Positions 13,481-26,409 of a stretch of 64,000 nucleotides of DNA are shown piece after piece. A model generated the notes under the pieces. That model did no database searches, was not told where the DNA came from, and was given only the letters and a program-made list of their open reading frames with translations. A program made the position numbers and the translations under genes. Within the stretch, counting starts at the first letter, position 1. Every line of letters begins with the position of its first letter. Source of the stretch: Chara braunii (Eukaryota; Plantae; Charophyceae); NCBI GenBank assembly GCA_003427395.1, contig BFEA01000008.1, forward strand, positions 181,204-245,203, in the 5' to 3' direction.

Positions 13481-15155
13481 TTTGACAGGTGGCGATTCTT
13501 ACAATCCACTCTGTATAGAGGAGATTGTCAGGGTCTACCTTTCTTTGGGCATTTACTTGGGAATAGATTAAGGTTTAATTAATCACGACGATTTTTTAGC
13601 GAGATTATGATATGAAGATTATTCCTCATGGACTTATAGGCTTAGTTTGGGGATTAGTATGTCCTATGTTACATATCATCTTGATTGTTCGATTCATGAA
13701 TCGGATTAGATGTAGTTTGATCTTACAAGGACATTTTTTTTTTATCACTGGTAAAAGGTCGGTTACCGATCCGTTGGTTTACGACTCAACTCCAATCCAC
13801 TTTCGACTACCCAACCTAATCGCTTTAGCCTGGTGATTTTAACTGTTTTATTAAGGTTTTCACCTAGACTTTTATTGAATGGTCATTTAACGAAGGCACT
13901 GAGTATTTATTTTTTGAAGGTTGGACAAAGGTTGGGGCTTGCATGGTTAAAGCAAGGGGTATGAGTATAGAGAATGATTGAAGTTAACCCTGTATAGTGT
14001 GTAAAGTTTTTGTTGATTTTAGGTATGTTTTGTGATTCGGACTTTGGAATTGACTGTCTGCGATCACATCTACATATATGGTTGAAAAGAGTCTCATTGT
14101 GATTGTGAGAAGTATATATATACGTACATACCTATGGTTGAGTGTTTGCTTGGCCTAAAAAGCCTACGCTTAAGGGTTTTTATTGGGGTTGAGATTGAGA
14201 GAGGATCACTGTTTGTTTTGCTTCTTAAAGTTTCTTAGTTAGACGTTGGTCTTGGGCCTGGATTCGAGGTCCTTGTCCAGAATGTCCCAGATCCTAGACT
14301 CCGCACATAAGGGATCACCCCCCGCGCAGATCCTATTTGCCCTGCCCACTGGAACACTCAGCCTAAGGGTCGAAGGTGTCGTGGGGGCTTAACGGTTGTT
14401 CCTTCAGCCGTGCAATATCGTAAAGGGGTCAACCCGCACGATACTTCGGAGTGACACTTGAGTGTCGTAAGCGGTACTCGGATCCACGAGGGATCGCTTG
14501 ATTATCAACATTACATAGTACGTCATTATTGCAACTGCTCACGTATTCATGCATTGCTAGTCGATATGGGAGGACTCTGCTTCCTCACGGTTTTATACTA
14601 AGTCTCGCGCATGTCGCCTATCCGATTTCCGCGTCGGAAGGTTATGGGATGACTACAAAAGGGATTAGGAGTGTTGTCGTGTTGTTTGTTTTGTGTCGTT
14701 CCGTGTGTGTGAGTGTTGTGGTATAACGCGTGGTATGTGGGATGTGTTCTAGTCGACCGACGATAAGTCACGCTTGGGACTTCAACCCCCCAGTCCGTCG
14801 GTTCATGTGCGGGTCTGATAGAGGAGTAAAACCGCGCATACCCCTTATGCTACAGCGAACGAGAAACATCTTCGGTTGGTCCACCTCTACGATTGCAACT
14901 GATTAGCTTTCATACTGTTGAATGGTAGCTCGGCGGGGATACGCCCACCGAAGGGAGGTGACAGCTCCTGCAAGGTGGAAGTAAGTCGTGCCTCGTGTCT
15001 TGTGGTAGAGGCTTGCGAGAGGTATGGCTGGCACACTCGGCCAGAGCGGCTTGCGGAAGCTCCTTGTGTATCGCGACGAGGTAGACCAACTCCTACGTGA
15101 CGCGGCCGGAAGGGTCCCCCCCTGCGCGCCGCGGAATCGATGCGCTCGACAATAT

Positions 15156-15700
15156 CCTGTATCGTGTCCGAAATGTCTTCATCCCCCTGACTTATGTACT
15201 TGCGTGTATCCAGTAAATCTAGTTCAAGTGCTTAGGCAATAATAACAGGTAACTGGTTCGTCTTTGGAGGAACTTTCTTCTGTAGTTTTGCTTTTAACAC
15301 TGGGCTGCGGAGATGATCAATGAACAAATTTTGAACAACGTTTTCCTCACGGCCTGATTTATCTAACGTTGTTTGAAACCGATCCACAAAGTCGGGTAGC
15401 AACTCTCCGGGTTCCTGGGACGGGTTCTTAACACAAACCAGGAAGCATCCTCACTTACTTCATCAAATATTGCTAGGAACGCTCTCTTGAAGGTATCCCA
15501 ATCGACCCACGTGTACCTTCTAAACCAATCATGAGCGGTGTTTCTGAGGAGCAAGGTGACGACGCAAGGAAGATCCTAAACGCCATATCCCTGAGCTTGT
15601 ACGGCTTCGAGCCATGCCTCGGGATGAGTATAATTAGGGTAAAACGGAAAACTGGCGGGGATACTTACCATTACCCGAGGAGCCGGTCCATTGGCCTCAT
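15156..15700 (-). pseudogene. E1 gag N-terminal (capsid-like) fragment
   Basis: LLRNTAHDWFRRYTWVDWDTFKRAFL matches E2 gag LLRNTSHDWFRKHTWVDWDTFKQAFL. Confidence 0.88.
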
Positions 15701-15827
15701 CCATGGGCATCTCTGGTCGAGTCTATGTGGACCTTTGTCGAGTGACAGGAGAACTCTGCCGATTAGATCGGTTGGCTAATCTTCCTCTCGCCATCTCGTC
15801 TTACTAATGTCAAAACTGACACGTGTC

Positions 15828-15840
15828 GGCTCCGATACCA
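15828..15840 (-). promoter_or_regulatory. Primer-binding site complementary to initiator tRNA-Met (E1)
   Basis: TGGTATCGGAGCC directly after the LTR end CATGAGGT; plant tRNAiMet PBS consensus is TGGTATCAGAGCC. Confidence 0.88.
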
Positions 15841-17830
15841 ACCTCATGTTCTGTGCTGCTTTCCGGTTTTAAGTGTTTTGGTTCGCGGAAAGGTCTGGGA
15901 AGAACAACAAAAATGGGTTCTGCCAAGGATTTTTGAAAAAGTTGAATGTGGGGACACAGACAGAACCGAGATCCCCCGTGTTGGTCCGACTTTAGTAAGC
16001 AGGGATCCGTCGCCGCTCGGGTTGAGGAAAGAAAAAGGCGCGCGCGGGGCTCAAAACGATGGAAAATTCAGTCCAAAAGGTATCCCTGTACTTCCCAGCG
16101 AGCCATTGCCCTACGTTTCGAATGAAAAGGGACGGGTACACACGTAGTATCCCGTTTTTGGATGAGGTCCCAGCGAGCCATTGCCCTACGTTTCGAATCC
16201 GATGTGGAGGGCCTCAATCGAGTGACTCTCTCCTTGTGTTCATCCTCGCCACGTGTGCGGTAACGGAAGCCCTTGGCTCGGTAACGCTCGGGGCGGCGAC
16301 AGTCGCTGCACAGCGTGTCAGGCCAATGGGGCGCCACTACTGCCCACAGGATGACGATCAACTCATTAAACGGCAATAACAATGAATAAGGCGGAAAGTG
16401 CGTATCGACAATGACGAGTTCGGCACCAACGAATCCGGAGCACCGGGTCTTAGGGGGAAAGTAATAACGTCCGCCGATCTTAGAGACGGCTTCTCGTACG
16501 TCCTATTCGCATACACGCGTCCTTTCCTTATTCTACGGGAAGGGGCGCGGCGGGGGCACGGGAAGTCGGCGCCCAGTCGGATCGGGGCAGTCGGTCCACA
16601 TGGAAAAAAGGCAAAGCGCAAGATCTTTCCTAATCATGCATCATTCATTCACTTCTACTCAATCCAATCCCACGTTTCATCAGATCTATCAATCAACATC
16701 CCTGTCATGCTTGCACAAGTTCTCAGGCGCAACCCACCTCATGCATATAACAAAGTGAGAGGAGAGAAATCATCATAATTCATTCATTATTGCAGAAACA
16801 TAATGGAAAGGAGGTGTGAGGAAGGAGAGACGTAGATCCGAAGAGAGAAGAAAGCAGACAATAATTACACAAGAAAGTCTGGTAATCTTGACAAGAAATT
16901 CCGGCTTAAATGCGTGTGAACGGAACTCACGCTCGAAGACTAGACTCGAGTCCAAAAGAGGCGCATCCGCCATAAAATTCCACTGTGGCCCCAGGCCATA
17001 CATTCACTCATCTTCCAATTACGATCCTCATACAAACACTGACAATCCCTATCATCACGTGCTACTCCCACCATAGCGATCATCACCCCGCCGACTCAGT
17101 ATCTGCACGGTCGTGCTCGGATCCCACAGTCCGTCGGACGATCCAGAGCACAGCCAGCAAGACTACAGGTAGCTCGTCAGGACTTTTTGACTCACACTTC
17201 ACACGTACCATCTAGCCACTGCTTCTCGGAAGTTGGCCGATACTTTGCGAGAGAGATTTTCAGACGCGCTTGAAGAATTTATTGTTGCGAAAAAGGAAAT
17301 AGATGATAGGAAGGATTAAGACCGAGGTGGGGAGGGGTAAGGGAAAGCTCGGGGATAATCACCCGAGGAAAGCCATGTCGATCCTTCGGAGCCCAGTCGT
17401 AGTCAATCTGAATCGCCATGTAACAGGAATATCCTTCTTACACGACGCGTCTCCTTGACTAGAGGGGAGGAGGAGGAAATCGACAGGGTATTCCGACGCA
17501 AGGTTTAGAGCGGGAAGAAGAAGAGCGACAAGGATAGCGCGAAACCGAACCAAGATTCAAACGATCAAGAAAGAGAAAAGGTGCACGAGGCAAGGGAGAG
17601 ATGGAAAACGGTTACAGAGAGAAAAGGAGCGTGAGCAAGAAGAAGAGAGTGTCGAAGGTAGCGAGGGAAGTGGGGAGAAGGGGGGGGGGGGGTATGCATG
17701 GCGCCGACGCGTATGCAAAAAGGGCACTAAAACAATTACAGCGCATTCAGAATCCTACGCTAATTCAAAATTAAAAAAAAAACATCATATCCGCACGTAG
17801 AGTGAACGTTGGAAAAATAAGTCCTGTGAC

Positions 17831-19629
17831 TGTGACGCCCAACCTCACACCTAGCGCGACTTCCTGATCCTAGTGGGATGGGGGCCTGGAAGTGTGAAAA
17901 AGGAGTGTGCCAAGGATTTCGGAAAGTGGGGGTGGAGTCCCAGGTCGGAACTGAGATCTCTTGTGGCAAGTCTCGGGGGCAGAAGTGCAAGAGGGTAGGT
18001 GCAGGCCGTATTTAGGGCCTTGTTCATAAAAAGGTAGGCCGCCTCTCGTGCTCTGCGCACAGAAGGAAGGCTGCAGATGTCGTGCAGCATAAGGCAGATA
18101 GCATGCGCAGTGTACCCGAACTAAAGTTCCCAGGGTATTCTTCCGTAATCACAGGAGCGACAGATCTAAACGCTCTTGCATTCCCAACGACATAGCTGCG
18201 GCCAACGAACTCAATCACGCTTTTCAAAGTATTTTTGTAAGCCTTAGGCCCGAAGGATGGGAATCACCATCTTCTTCGGTTTCGTCTTTGTGGTCGGTCG
18301 AGGACCTGATGGACGGGGTGCACGCTATGGGTATCGCCCTGTCTGGTCAGTCGTTGTCGTCGATCGTTGCAAACTTCGGAATTGGACGACGAAGGTCTCA
18401 GCCGAAGGTTGTGTGCTCATCGTTCAGACTTCGTCCGGGTTCGGCGAATGAATCCCGAGGCTCGGTATTTGCTATCCTAAAGGCACTCAAAGCAAGGGGT
18501 TCGGGGCCAGTAGGGGGCGATCGCACCCCACGGGATAACAGTGAGGTAGTGGAAAGGTAACACTACTCGGTAAGGTGGGCAGTGAGTTATTAGGACGACG
18601 ACCCCAGGTTCGGAAAAGACATGGCTCGTGTGAGACTCAGGGAACTGAGCCACGTAGGGAACGGCGTCCAATGGTCTCCCTATATCCCAATCACACACTC
18701 GTTCATCTCCTCGCTGATAGGTGAATGTTGGAGGATCGGATCAGGGTTGTGCGAGGAAGTACGTGTTCTTTCTTGTCCAGTACTTTCGAAATTCGGGGTC
18801 CTGCAGGCTTTCCCAATCAGTGATGTGAAACATTCTATCCGTTTGATGTAAGCGCCGTTATGGCCCGCGTGCAGATCTTGCAGACACTCGTGTAGGCGTC
18901 GTCTCTTCCGGTCAGGCTTACACGGGCGTGCACAGGATCTGCTTACGGCTACTATGTGAGGGGCTGGTCCCCGATTAGCAGGAGTGGGCGTGAGCGATGG
19001 TCGATCAGGAAGATACGGTCCGGGTTAGCTTAATTCAAATTTCGTCACTTTCTAGTGCCCAACATCATTGCCCTCCCTTTTCCTAAGGCGCATGTCTTAC
19101 CCGAGCACGACCCTTCAGCCCCTCGCAAGCAACCAATCATGGGATCACGCACTCACGACTTTCACTCACACATGTATGACTGGTCAGTTCTTCCCTACGT
19201 GCGAATCCGAAGGGTCTGCGGGAATGACTCGCAATGCTGGGTTTTTATGAACGCATCCATTAAGGCAACAAAATTCCCATCAGACTCATTCACGCTTTAC
19301 CGAGGGCGAAAAAACGACAAGTAGGCGCAAATCAAAGGGAGAGACGACATACATTCAACACACAAACCAGTGAGCATGCAAAAGGAATTACGGATAGTAG
19401 TCGCGCCGAAAAACAGAGGGGAAACGAGAACAAACATCCATCGAATAGTCAGACATGGAGGATCTGATGAAGTTGAGAATAGCAGATGACGCACACCCAA
19501 AATTCGAGACAATTCACAAGAAAAATCCGAAGTTGCCACAACAAAAATTGGCCAAAGCGAAAGTCCAAAATTTACACAAAAGGGTTGGAAGAATAAAAAA
19601 CAAAAGAATAAGACAACAACCCGATCCGT

Positions 19630-19702
<73 letters not shown>

Positions 19703-21757
19703 GCGGCCAGTCCATCGCCTCGCACCAACATCGAGTCATCACCCTGCTTAGCCCAATCATGCTCGTCAAGTTCGCCCGTGCGCCACGGTCCGTCGTGGCC
19801 TGCACGTCAACCCCACTTACTTGGCGCCAGCCCGTCGGATCGCCCGACCCAATCTACTCACCTGCCAGCTTACTCGTTAGTCGATCCTCACTGACCGCGC
19901 TAACCTTCCAATATTCAGAGAAAGCAACTAATCGCTCTTGCGGAATTTATAGCATGCATGCGTGAGCGATGAATTTGGGATTATGCCTAAGCAAAGGAAG
20001 AGAGGAAATGCCTACGTCTGCATGTCCAGGCCGCGGCGCGGGGAACGGAGCCACTCTCCACACATCGATCCGGCCATGCAAACATGAGAACCAATCAGAG
20101 CAAAGGAAGAGAGTGTGCATATGCAAACGAAGATGGGGCGGGAAAAGAGAAGAACGCGAAAGGCATTAAGAACAGGAAGATTATAGTTGTATTCACGTCC
20201 GCCAAAAATTACAGTTATGCGCAAGATTAAGGCACGGAAAAGTAAGAGCCCAGATCTTGTCGCGACAAGGCGTGCGTAAGCAAGAAGTGTCGCGCAGCAA
20301 AATTCAAAAGGTGCCTAAATTCCTAACCTAAGTCCTAATTGCAAAAGGAAATTCGGAAAGACAAAGAAAAGAAAAAAATTCCGAGAGCCCTTGGGGGCTC
20401 GACATCAGTTGAAACTTGAAAAACGACATTCCCGTGCGTTGAATACACCAAAATTCACAGTGCTGACAGCAGAACAAAAAAGAAGCTATCGTACAGCTAT
20501 TCCTCGTGCTCGCTAAGGTGCGGCTACTAAATCGTCGGCGCGGGATTTTCCCGACACCGTCCCGACAACTTTCAACAGAAAAACGAAGAAGAAGCGAGGG
20601 CATCCATGCAACTAGCCCAACCGGCCCATCTCCATGCATCCCTCCTGGCTAACTCGTCCCATTCCCCCACAGCAGCCTTCGCACTGAAAGTCGCGCGATT
20701 ACAGAAAATAGTTTTTTTTTTTTTTTTTTTTTGCTTGTGAGGCCCTTGTGCAGGACCTCTATCCTAATGGTGGTAAGAGAACCACCGGGATTGAGGCTTT
20801 GCCTAGCGGGCCACTCCATCTATTGGTGGGGAGCAACACCTGCTGGAAACCGGGTCCAGCGTCCCTTAAATACATCTTTGTAAAACAGTACATCAATGAG
20901 AGTGACGCCAATGTGCTGGAAACCAGGTCCCGCGTCCCATATCCAATCTACTCTTCCATACCTAACCTGCAGTAGGGTCGGGTATTGGGGGGGGGACCAC
21001 CGGGGGGCACCAATGGAATCTGCCTCCATCCCCTAGCCTATGCCATCCTCCTACTATCCTCATGGCAACTATTGTGTCTTGCACTCTGCAATAACATGTG
21101 TTTGAGAAAAGTTGAATCAACAGAAAGCAGGCTGAAATGAGCTGCAGTGAAATCAGCTGAAATTTTTTTTGAGAAATACTGAAGAAACACCGAGGAATAC
21201 TGAAAATTTCTGAGAATTACTAAAATGATACTGCAAAAAAACTTCTCTGAGAATAACAATTCTTGAAACCAGGTCCAATCCACCAGCGTATTCAGACTGG
21301 GCAAGACTGTTGAAGACTATTGAGAAGACTATTGAGAAAAATATGAAATAAAGAGAAAGAGAGGAAAGTGAGGAAAGAAAAAGATGAAAGAGATGAAAGA
21401 GATGAGAGAAACAGGGGGGGGAAAGAAAGAAAGAACGAAGGCACAAATGAGCAGACAGTGGCCAAAGAAATGTCAGTAAGAGGGCTAAGAACAAAACTGG
21501 TACATGCTAGATCCCTTGGCTTATGCAGGCGGCAGGGTTTCTGTTAAGGAGAGTGGGTGGGGGGGGAAGGGGTCTGCGAAGTCCTGAGCTGCCCTTAATG
21601 ATTCACCAAGGTCTACTTTGATCCAATCATGGAAGATCAGCCGGTAGTCCCTTTCCATCTATATCCCGGGTTCCTCCTGTGGTTCCTTCTCAGACTGATT
21701 GCTCCCAGACCATTTTACCTCGGCCACCCATCCCTCCTTTTCCCTTAGTTCGTCACA
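17831..21757 (-). mobile_element. Solo LTR of a related subfamily, containing a probable ~1-kb non-LTR 3'-end insertion (~20711-21700)
   Basis: TGTGACGCCCAACCTCAC..CGTCACA with TSD TGAC (17827-17830 / 21758-21761). Similar to 59621-62194. The poly-T at ~20712 is followed by sequence resembling 53000-53050. Confidence 0.82.
19633..19700 (+). repeat. (CT)n microsatellite
   Basis: Direct inspection. Confidence 0.95.
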
Positions 21758-22129
21758 TGACTATTCAGATTCGTACGAAAATTCTCAGAGTTTTCCAAGA
21801 CGAAGTCAAGAACATTCCCGCACAAGAAAGGACATGTCAGGTCCCGCTCATTCCGGAATTCCTAACCGTCGACCCAAATTCCTAGCGCACTCGCTCATGC
21901 ACGCGTATTTCCCATATATTTCCCGAATTGCAAAAAAAAGATGGAATTCCAAAAAGCGCCCCAAAATGACGAAGGTCTAGAGAGAGACGGGCCTTTCCGC
22001 TCAATGCGCATTGATCCATGGAAACACAACAAGGGGCGTCTTCGGCCTGTTTGCACAGGATAACAAAAATGTGAAGAAAAGAAGGGGGGGGGAGGGAGAT
22101 GGTGCAGGTCCGGAAGCTGGCACGTCACA

Positions 22130-22632
22130 TAGGTAACCTTGTCCGCCAAGAGACGATCTTGAGTGCTGGAACAGTCCGTCAAGTTTATGAGGCATATGCA
22201 TACATGGCCCTGGTCCAGTTTATGAACCATTGGCCAAACCCCATTTTAGACATGGTGGTGGAGATGAAAGCCCAACCCACCTTGTCAAAGACCTTTTCCA
22301 TATCCAGGAGCAGCACAACCATGTTCCTCTCTTCCGTACTTATTACTTCCAGGGCCTGGACTGTCGTCAAAATATTCTAAAAAAACGAACAGCCTTTAAC
22401 AAAGGCACCTTGCTCGCACCCAACCAAGTAAGTCAGTTGCTCAGCTAAGCGGATGGCTAGAGCCTTTGCCATAATTTTGTAAGTTCCATTAAGAACCGAA
22501 ATCGGGCGGTCGTTTCGTACCTCCCTCTTATCCCCCTTCTTATAGAGGAGGGAGATCACCCCTTTGATAAACCCACCAGTGAGGAGGCCTGTCTCTAGGG
22601 ACTTATTATATATCTGGCAGAGAAAAGGAGCG
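22130..22632 (-). pseudogene. L1/Tx1-type LINE reverse transcriptase fragment (downstream part)
   Basis: GVISLLYKKGD..RPISVLNGTYKIMAKALAIRL..EQGAFVKG and LLDMEKVFDKVGWAFI..MGFG. Confidence 0.9.
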
Positions 22633-25420
22633 TGTGACGCGCTAACCTCACGCCCTGTGCTGTCTTTCATTCGGAGTGTTAGGCGCGCCGAAAGAGGCCC
22701 AGAAAAACAGCAAAATGGGGTGTGCCAAGGATTTTTGAAAATTGAGTGTGGGGATACAGATGGAACTGAAATCGATTGCTTTCGCGCGTCGCGGAATGCG
22801 CGCGCGGGCACGGCGTGACAAGAGACAAATCCAAATTCAATTCAAAAAGTATTTTTGGACTTCCCACCGAGCCACAGCCCGTCGTTTAGAACAGAAAGGC
22901 TTTGGCACGCTCCGCGTGTCTCATTTTCGTATCAAATCTCGTCGTCATTCGATGGTCAATTCTGAGTCCGACGTGGATGGTCTCAGTCGCGTGGTTCTTT
23001 CTTTATGCTCGTCTTCACTCCGCACACGGTAGTGGAAACCCCTAGATTCGTAGCGTTCAAAACGCTGGCATTCGGTGCATAGAGTGCGTGGCCAGTGGGG
23101 TTCTACTGCCGTCCACGGGATGACGATCAACTCGTTGAATGGCAACAATATCGAGTAAGGTGGGAAGTGCGTGTCGATAATGACAAACCCAGCCTCTACG
23201 AACCCTGAACGACGATTTGCTGGAGGGAAGTAATATCATCCGTCGATCTGTGCGACAGCTTCTCGCACGTCCCACTCGCATATACGTGTCCTTTCCTCGT
23301 TGTAAGGAAAAGGTCGTGTTGGGGCGGGAGATACAGGAGGTTGGTGCCCAATCGGAGGGTACTGGTTGGTCCACATATCAATCAATTGGAAAGACCTTGC
23401 GACGTCATCAAGAAAAGAAAACACTTGCGCAACTCATAGACAATTCCCTTCAACCCGAGAGGGAGAGAGAGAAAGAGAAAGAAGACACGTCAGCAGCTTG
23501 ATCATGCATATAACTAAGGGACCGATCCGCGGCTCAGGTTTAATGAGCCAGCGCGCCGTTGATCCCCGAGCGCCTTGTTTCTCGAGGCCGCCTCGTGGTT
23601 GGGCTGCGGATGTCGGACAGCATAAGGCAGATGGCATGCGCAGTGCACTCAAAGCTACAGATCTAAACACTCTTGCATTCTCGGACAAAATCCCGACGAC
23701 AATCGTCTAATCAATGTCAAAGAGACGCGCATTCCCATACATCCATTCACTGTGGAAGATGCGAAAATGAGCCATGCACAGAAAAAGATGGATTGCTTGC
23801 ACAGTACACACGCATCCACCGTTCACAAGACAAGAAAACGGGGTCCTTGCGCGGGAGGATTACCCAGGAAACTAATGGAAGAGTTTCGGAAGAAGTTCTT
23901 TCACGCAAGGAAAGCATACAGATTCATGCTCATCCAGAAGAGGGAAAAAAAAAGAGAGAGAAAGAGAGAGAGAAGCATCGAGACACATTATCATTCAAAG
24001 ATAGAGGAGAAAGGGGAAGGTGAGGGGGGGGGGGGAAGAGAGTCTAGATAGGAGATGACGCAACCCAAAAGAAGGAAGTTCAGAGAGAAAGATCCGCAAC
24101 AACAAAGGCGCATTCGCCGTTAATTCCAATATGGCCCCGGGCCAATAACTCACTCAACTTCAATCATCGATCCTCATACCCGCACCGACGATCCCGATCG
24201 TCGCGTGCTAACTCCCACCACTGCGATCGTCACCCCGCTTTCGTAGACTCGACACAGTTCGCCCAGATCCCACAGTCCGTCGTGGCGATCCAGCGCGCAA
24301 CCGGCCAGCCTATCGTCAGCCCGACAGGACTTTCCGATTAGCANNNNNNNNNNNNNNNNNNNNNNNNNNNNNNNNNNNNNNNNNNNNNNNNNNNNNNNNN
24401 NNNNNNNNNNNNNNNNNNNNNNNNNNNNNNNNNNNNNNNNNNNNNNNNNNNNNNNNNNNNNNNNNNNNNNNNNNNNNNNNNNNNNNNNNNNNNNNNNNNN
24501 NNNNNNNNNNNNNNNNNNNNNNNNNNNNNNNNNNNNNNNNNNNNNNNNNNNNNNNNNNNNNNNNNNNNNNNNNNNNNNNNNNNNNNNNNNNNNNNNNNNN
24601 NNNNNNNNNNNNNNNNNNNNNNNNNNNNNNNNNNNNNNNNNNNNNNNNNNNNNNNNNNNNNNNNNNNNNNNNNNNNNNNNNNNNNNNNNNNNNNNNNNGA
24701 TTGGCGAGCGGGAGTTATCGATGGATTGACCGGGCGTCGTGTGCCAGCCTCAGAGGGTGAGGGAAAAAAAAGGCGCGAGAAGTGGCGCAAGACGGGTCCA
24801 AGATTCAGATGATCAAGAAAGGAAAAGGGGCGCGCAAAGAGCAAGGCGGGAGAGAGAGAGAGAGAAAGAAAACAGTTACAGGGCGAGAGAAAGGGGAGGG
24901 AGAAAGGGAAAGGAGCGTGGGAGGGAGCGATGCGGGGGACAGAGAGGAGACAGCTTTGCACGCGCGGCGCCGTCAACAGAAAAAGAGAAAAAGGCACCGA
25001 AACAGTTACAGCCTAATTCAAAACTGAAATCAACATATCCGCGCGCGAAAGAGCGACGCGGGAAAAGAAAATCCTACGCCTATTCGTATTCGCACAAAAT
25101 TCCGAGAGTTTTCCCCGATGCGACCAAGAACATTCACACACACGAAAAGGACACGTCGATGTTCCGCTTATCCCGGAATTCCCAACTGCCGAGCCCAATT
25201 CCCAGTGCGTTCGCTAAGGTGTACGTAATTTCCTATGTATTTCCCGAATTGCAGAAAGGAAAAGTCGAACCCGGGATTCGAAAAAAACTTCCGAAAGATG
25301 GGGGCCAAAAACGCGGTACCCAAAATCAAGAAAACGAAACGGCGTTTTTATGGGGTTGGTATGATACAAGCACAAAAGGGGTACGAAAGATAGCACGGGT
25401 TCGGGAAGTGGTTCGTCACA
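22633..25420 (-). repeat. E2 3' LTR (~2.8 kb, contains N-gap)
   Basis: Highly similar to 33969-36716, plus 11 extra terminal nt (22633-22643). Confidence 0.95.
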
Positions 25421-25432
25421 TATGTGACGCGC
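25414..25432. other. Palindromic att-junction-like site CGTCACATATGTGACG plus internal copy of the terminal 10-mer, at the position of the PPT
   Basis: Perfect 16-bp palindrome at 25414-25429. 25423-25432 (TGTGACGCGC) is identical to 22633-22642. Confidence 0.9.
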
Positions 25433-25779
25433 AGGGGGTTCCGAAATTATGCGATCTCCTAATTATGTCATGGCGGAACAGAGTGATGCATGAGGAACCA
25501 AGCGTATCAACAAGCGATCCAGCCAGAGTCTATGTTGACGCCAACTGCAATTGCAGTTGTCTGTTGCTGGAATCCTCGATGGTGGTCCAGGTGACGCCAT
25601 CATCGTCCGCTGGTTCTGCGTGTGCTCTGCACCCCAGCTGGTTGTTGTCCGTCGAATCAGAGCGTGAGTTGACGTCATCGTCGATGGCGTGATCTTCGTG
25701 AAGCTTACTGATTCGTGCCGTTTTCCCCTGCTAATTGGATGAAGAGAGGGGGGAGGGGGGGTAGTGATGTGATCGGGAT

Positions 25780-26409
25780 CTACCTCCTAGTTGGAATGGG
25801 CCAATAGAGGCGGTACATGGAGGGGATTTCTCGGGGCCGACGGGGAGGAAGTGGGGGTAGGAAGCGATTCATTCCTTCTATCGTCACCAGAAGCTCCTCA
25901 TATCCGATGATCCGGTGGAAGTGGGGGAAGTGATCGCCGCTGCGAGGGAGGGAAGCAAGGTAGTCGCGATAGAAAGAGGAGAGGGTGCGGAAAAGCGCCG
26001 TTTGGAAGAACTCATAGTGGCGGCAGGCGGGGATTGTCCCCGTGGCAACGCAGTAAACCTCTACCACGTTGCATCGCTCCCATGCAGCGCTGAACAGCAA
26101 GAGATGCCAGCAGAACGTGGGGGCAGCGGATTGAAGGGAGGCGTGGGGGTGGACGGTGGCGAGTAGGCGGGTAGAATAGAAGTCGCGGAAGAGATGAAGA
26201 AGGAAGGGATGGGAAGGGAAGGTGACGGGAGTACGGATCTGCTCGAGGGTGAGGAAATCAAGGGGTTGGCGGGACAGCGTCCAAGGACGAAGGCCTATCG
26301 CCCGCATCGGTACGTGGGCGAACTGGGGGACGGGTTGGGCTGGAGGAGGAGGGGGATCGACTCCGTCTCCGTCGAGCGGTACTTGAGGTGGCGGCTGCAA
26401 GGTCGCCAT
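25780..26409 (-). CDS. E2 accessory ORF 3 (~209 aa from MATLQPPP), unknown function
   Basis: Open frame in the sense of the element between integrase and the 3' LTR, with a globular-looking aromatic-rich core. Confidence 0.5.
   Translation of the reverse strand: MATLQPPPQVPLDGDGVDPPPPPAQPVPQFAHVPMRAIGLRPWTLSRQPLDFLTLEQIRTPVTFPSHPFLLHLFRDFYSTRLLATVHPHASLQSAAPTFCWHLLLFSAAWERCNVVEVYCVATGTIPACRHYEFFQTALFRTLSSFYRDYLASLPRSGDHFPHFHRIIGYEELLVTIEGMNRFLPPLPPRRPREIPSMYRLYWPIPTRR

Larger units (their letters stand above)
3622..15151. mobile_element. Very large solo-LTR-like insertion (TGTCG..CGACA; ~6.1 kb without the nested copy) inside E1 gag
   Basis: Termini TGTCG/CGACA, TSD ACAT (3618-3621) / ATAT (15152-15155). 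Removing it restores gag reading DTIQD-VAVKRR, matching E2 DTIRDVTAKRR. Confidence 0.8.
1..22129 (-). mobile_element. Degenerate Ty3/Gypsy element E1 (3' end outside window), interrupted by nested insertions 3622-15151 and 17831-21757
   Basis: 5' LTR begins TGTGACG at 22129 and runs to 15841. PBS 15828-15840, gag N-terminus ~15156-15700, gag C-terminus and pol 1-3621. The proteins are clearly homologous to those of element E2. Confidence 0.85.
15841..22129 (-). repeat. E1 5' LTR, split by nested element 17831-21757
   Basis: Homologous to the LTRs at 53910 and 56998. LTR sequence resumes at 21762 after the TGAC TSD. Confidence 0.85.

Noticed and set aside
24739-25692. 317-aa plus-strand ORF, and the related 36035-36799 ORF
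   Set aside because: Antisense readthrough of purine-rich LTR sequence that crosses element boundaries.
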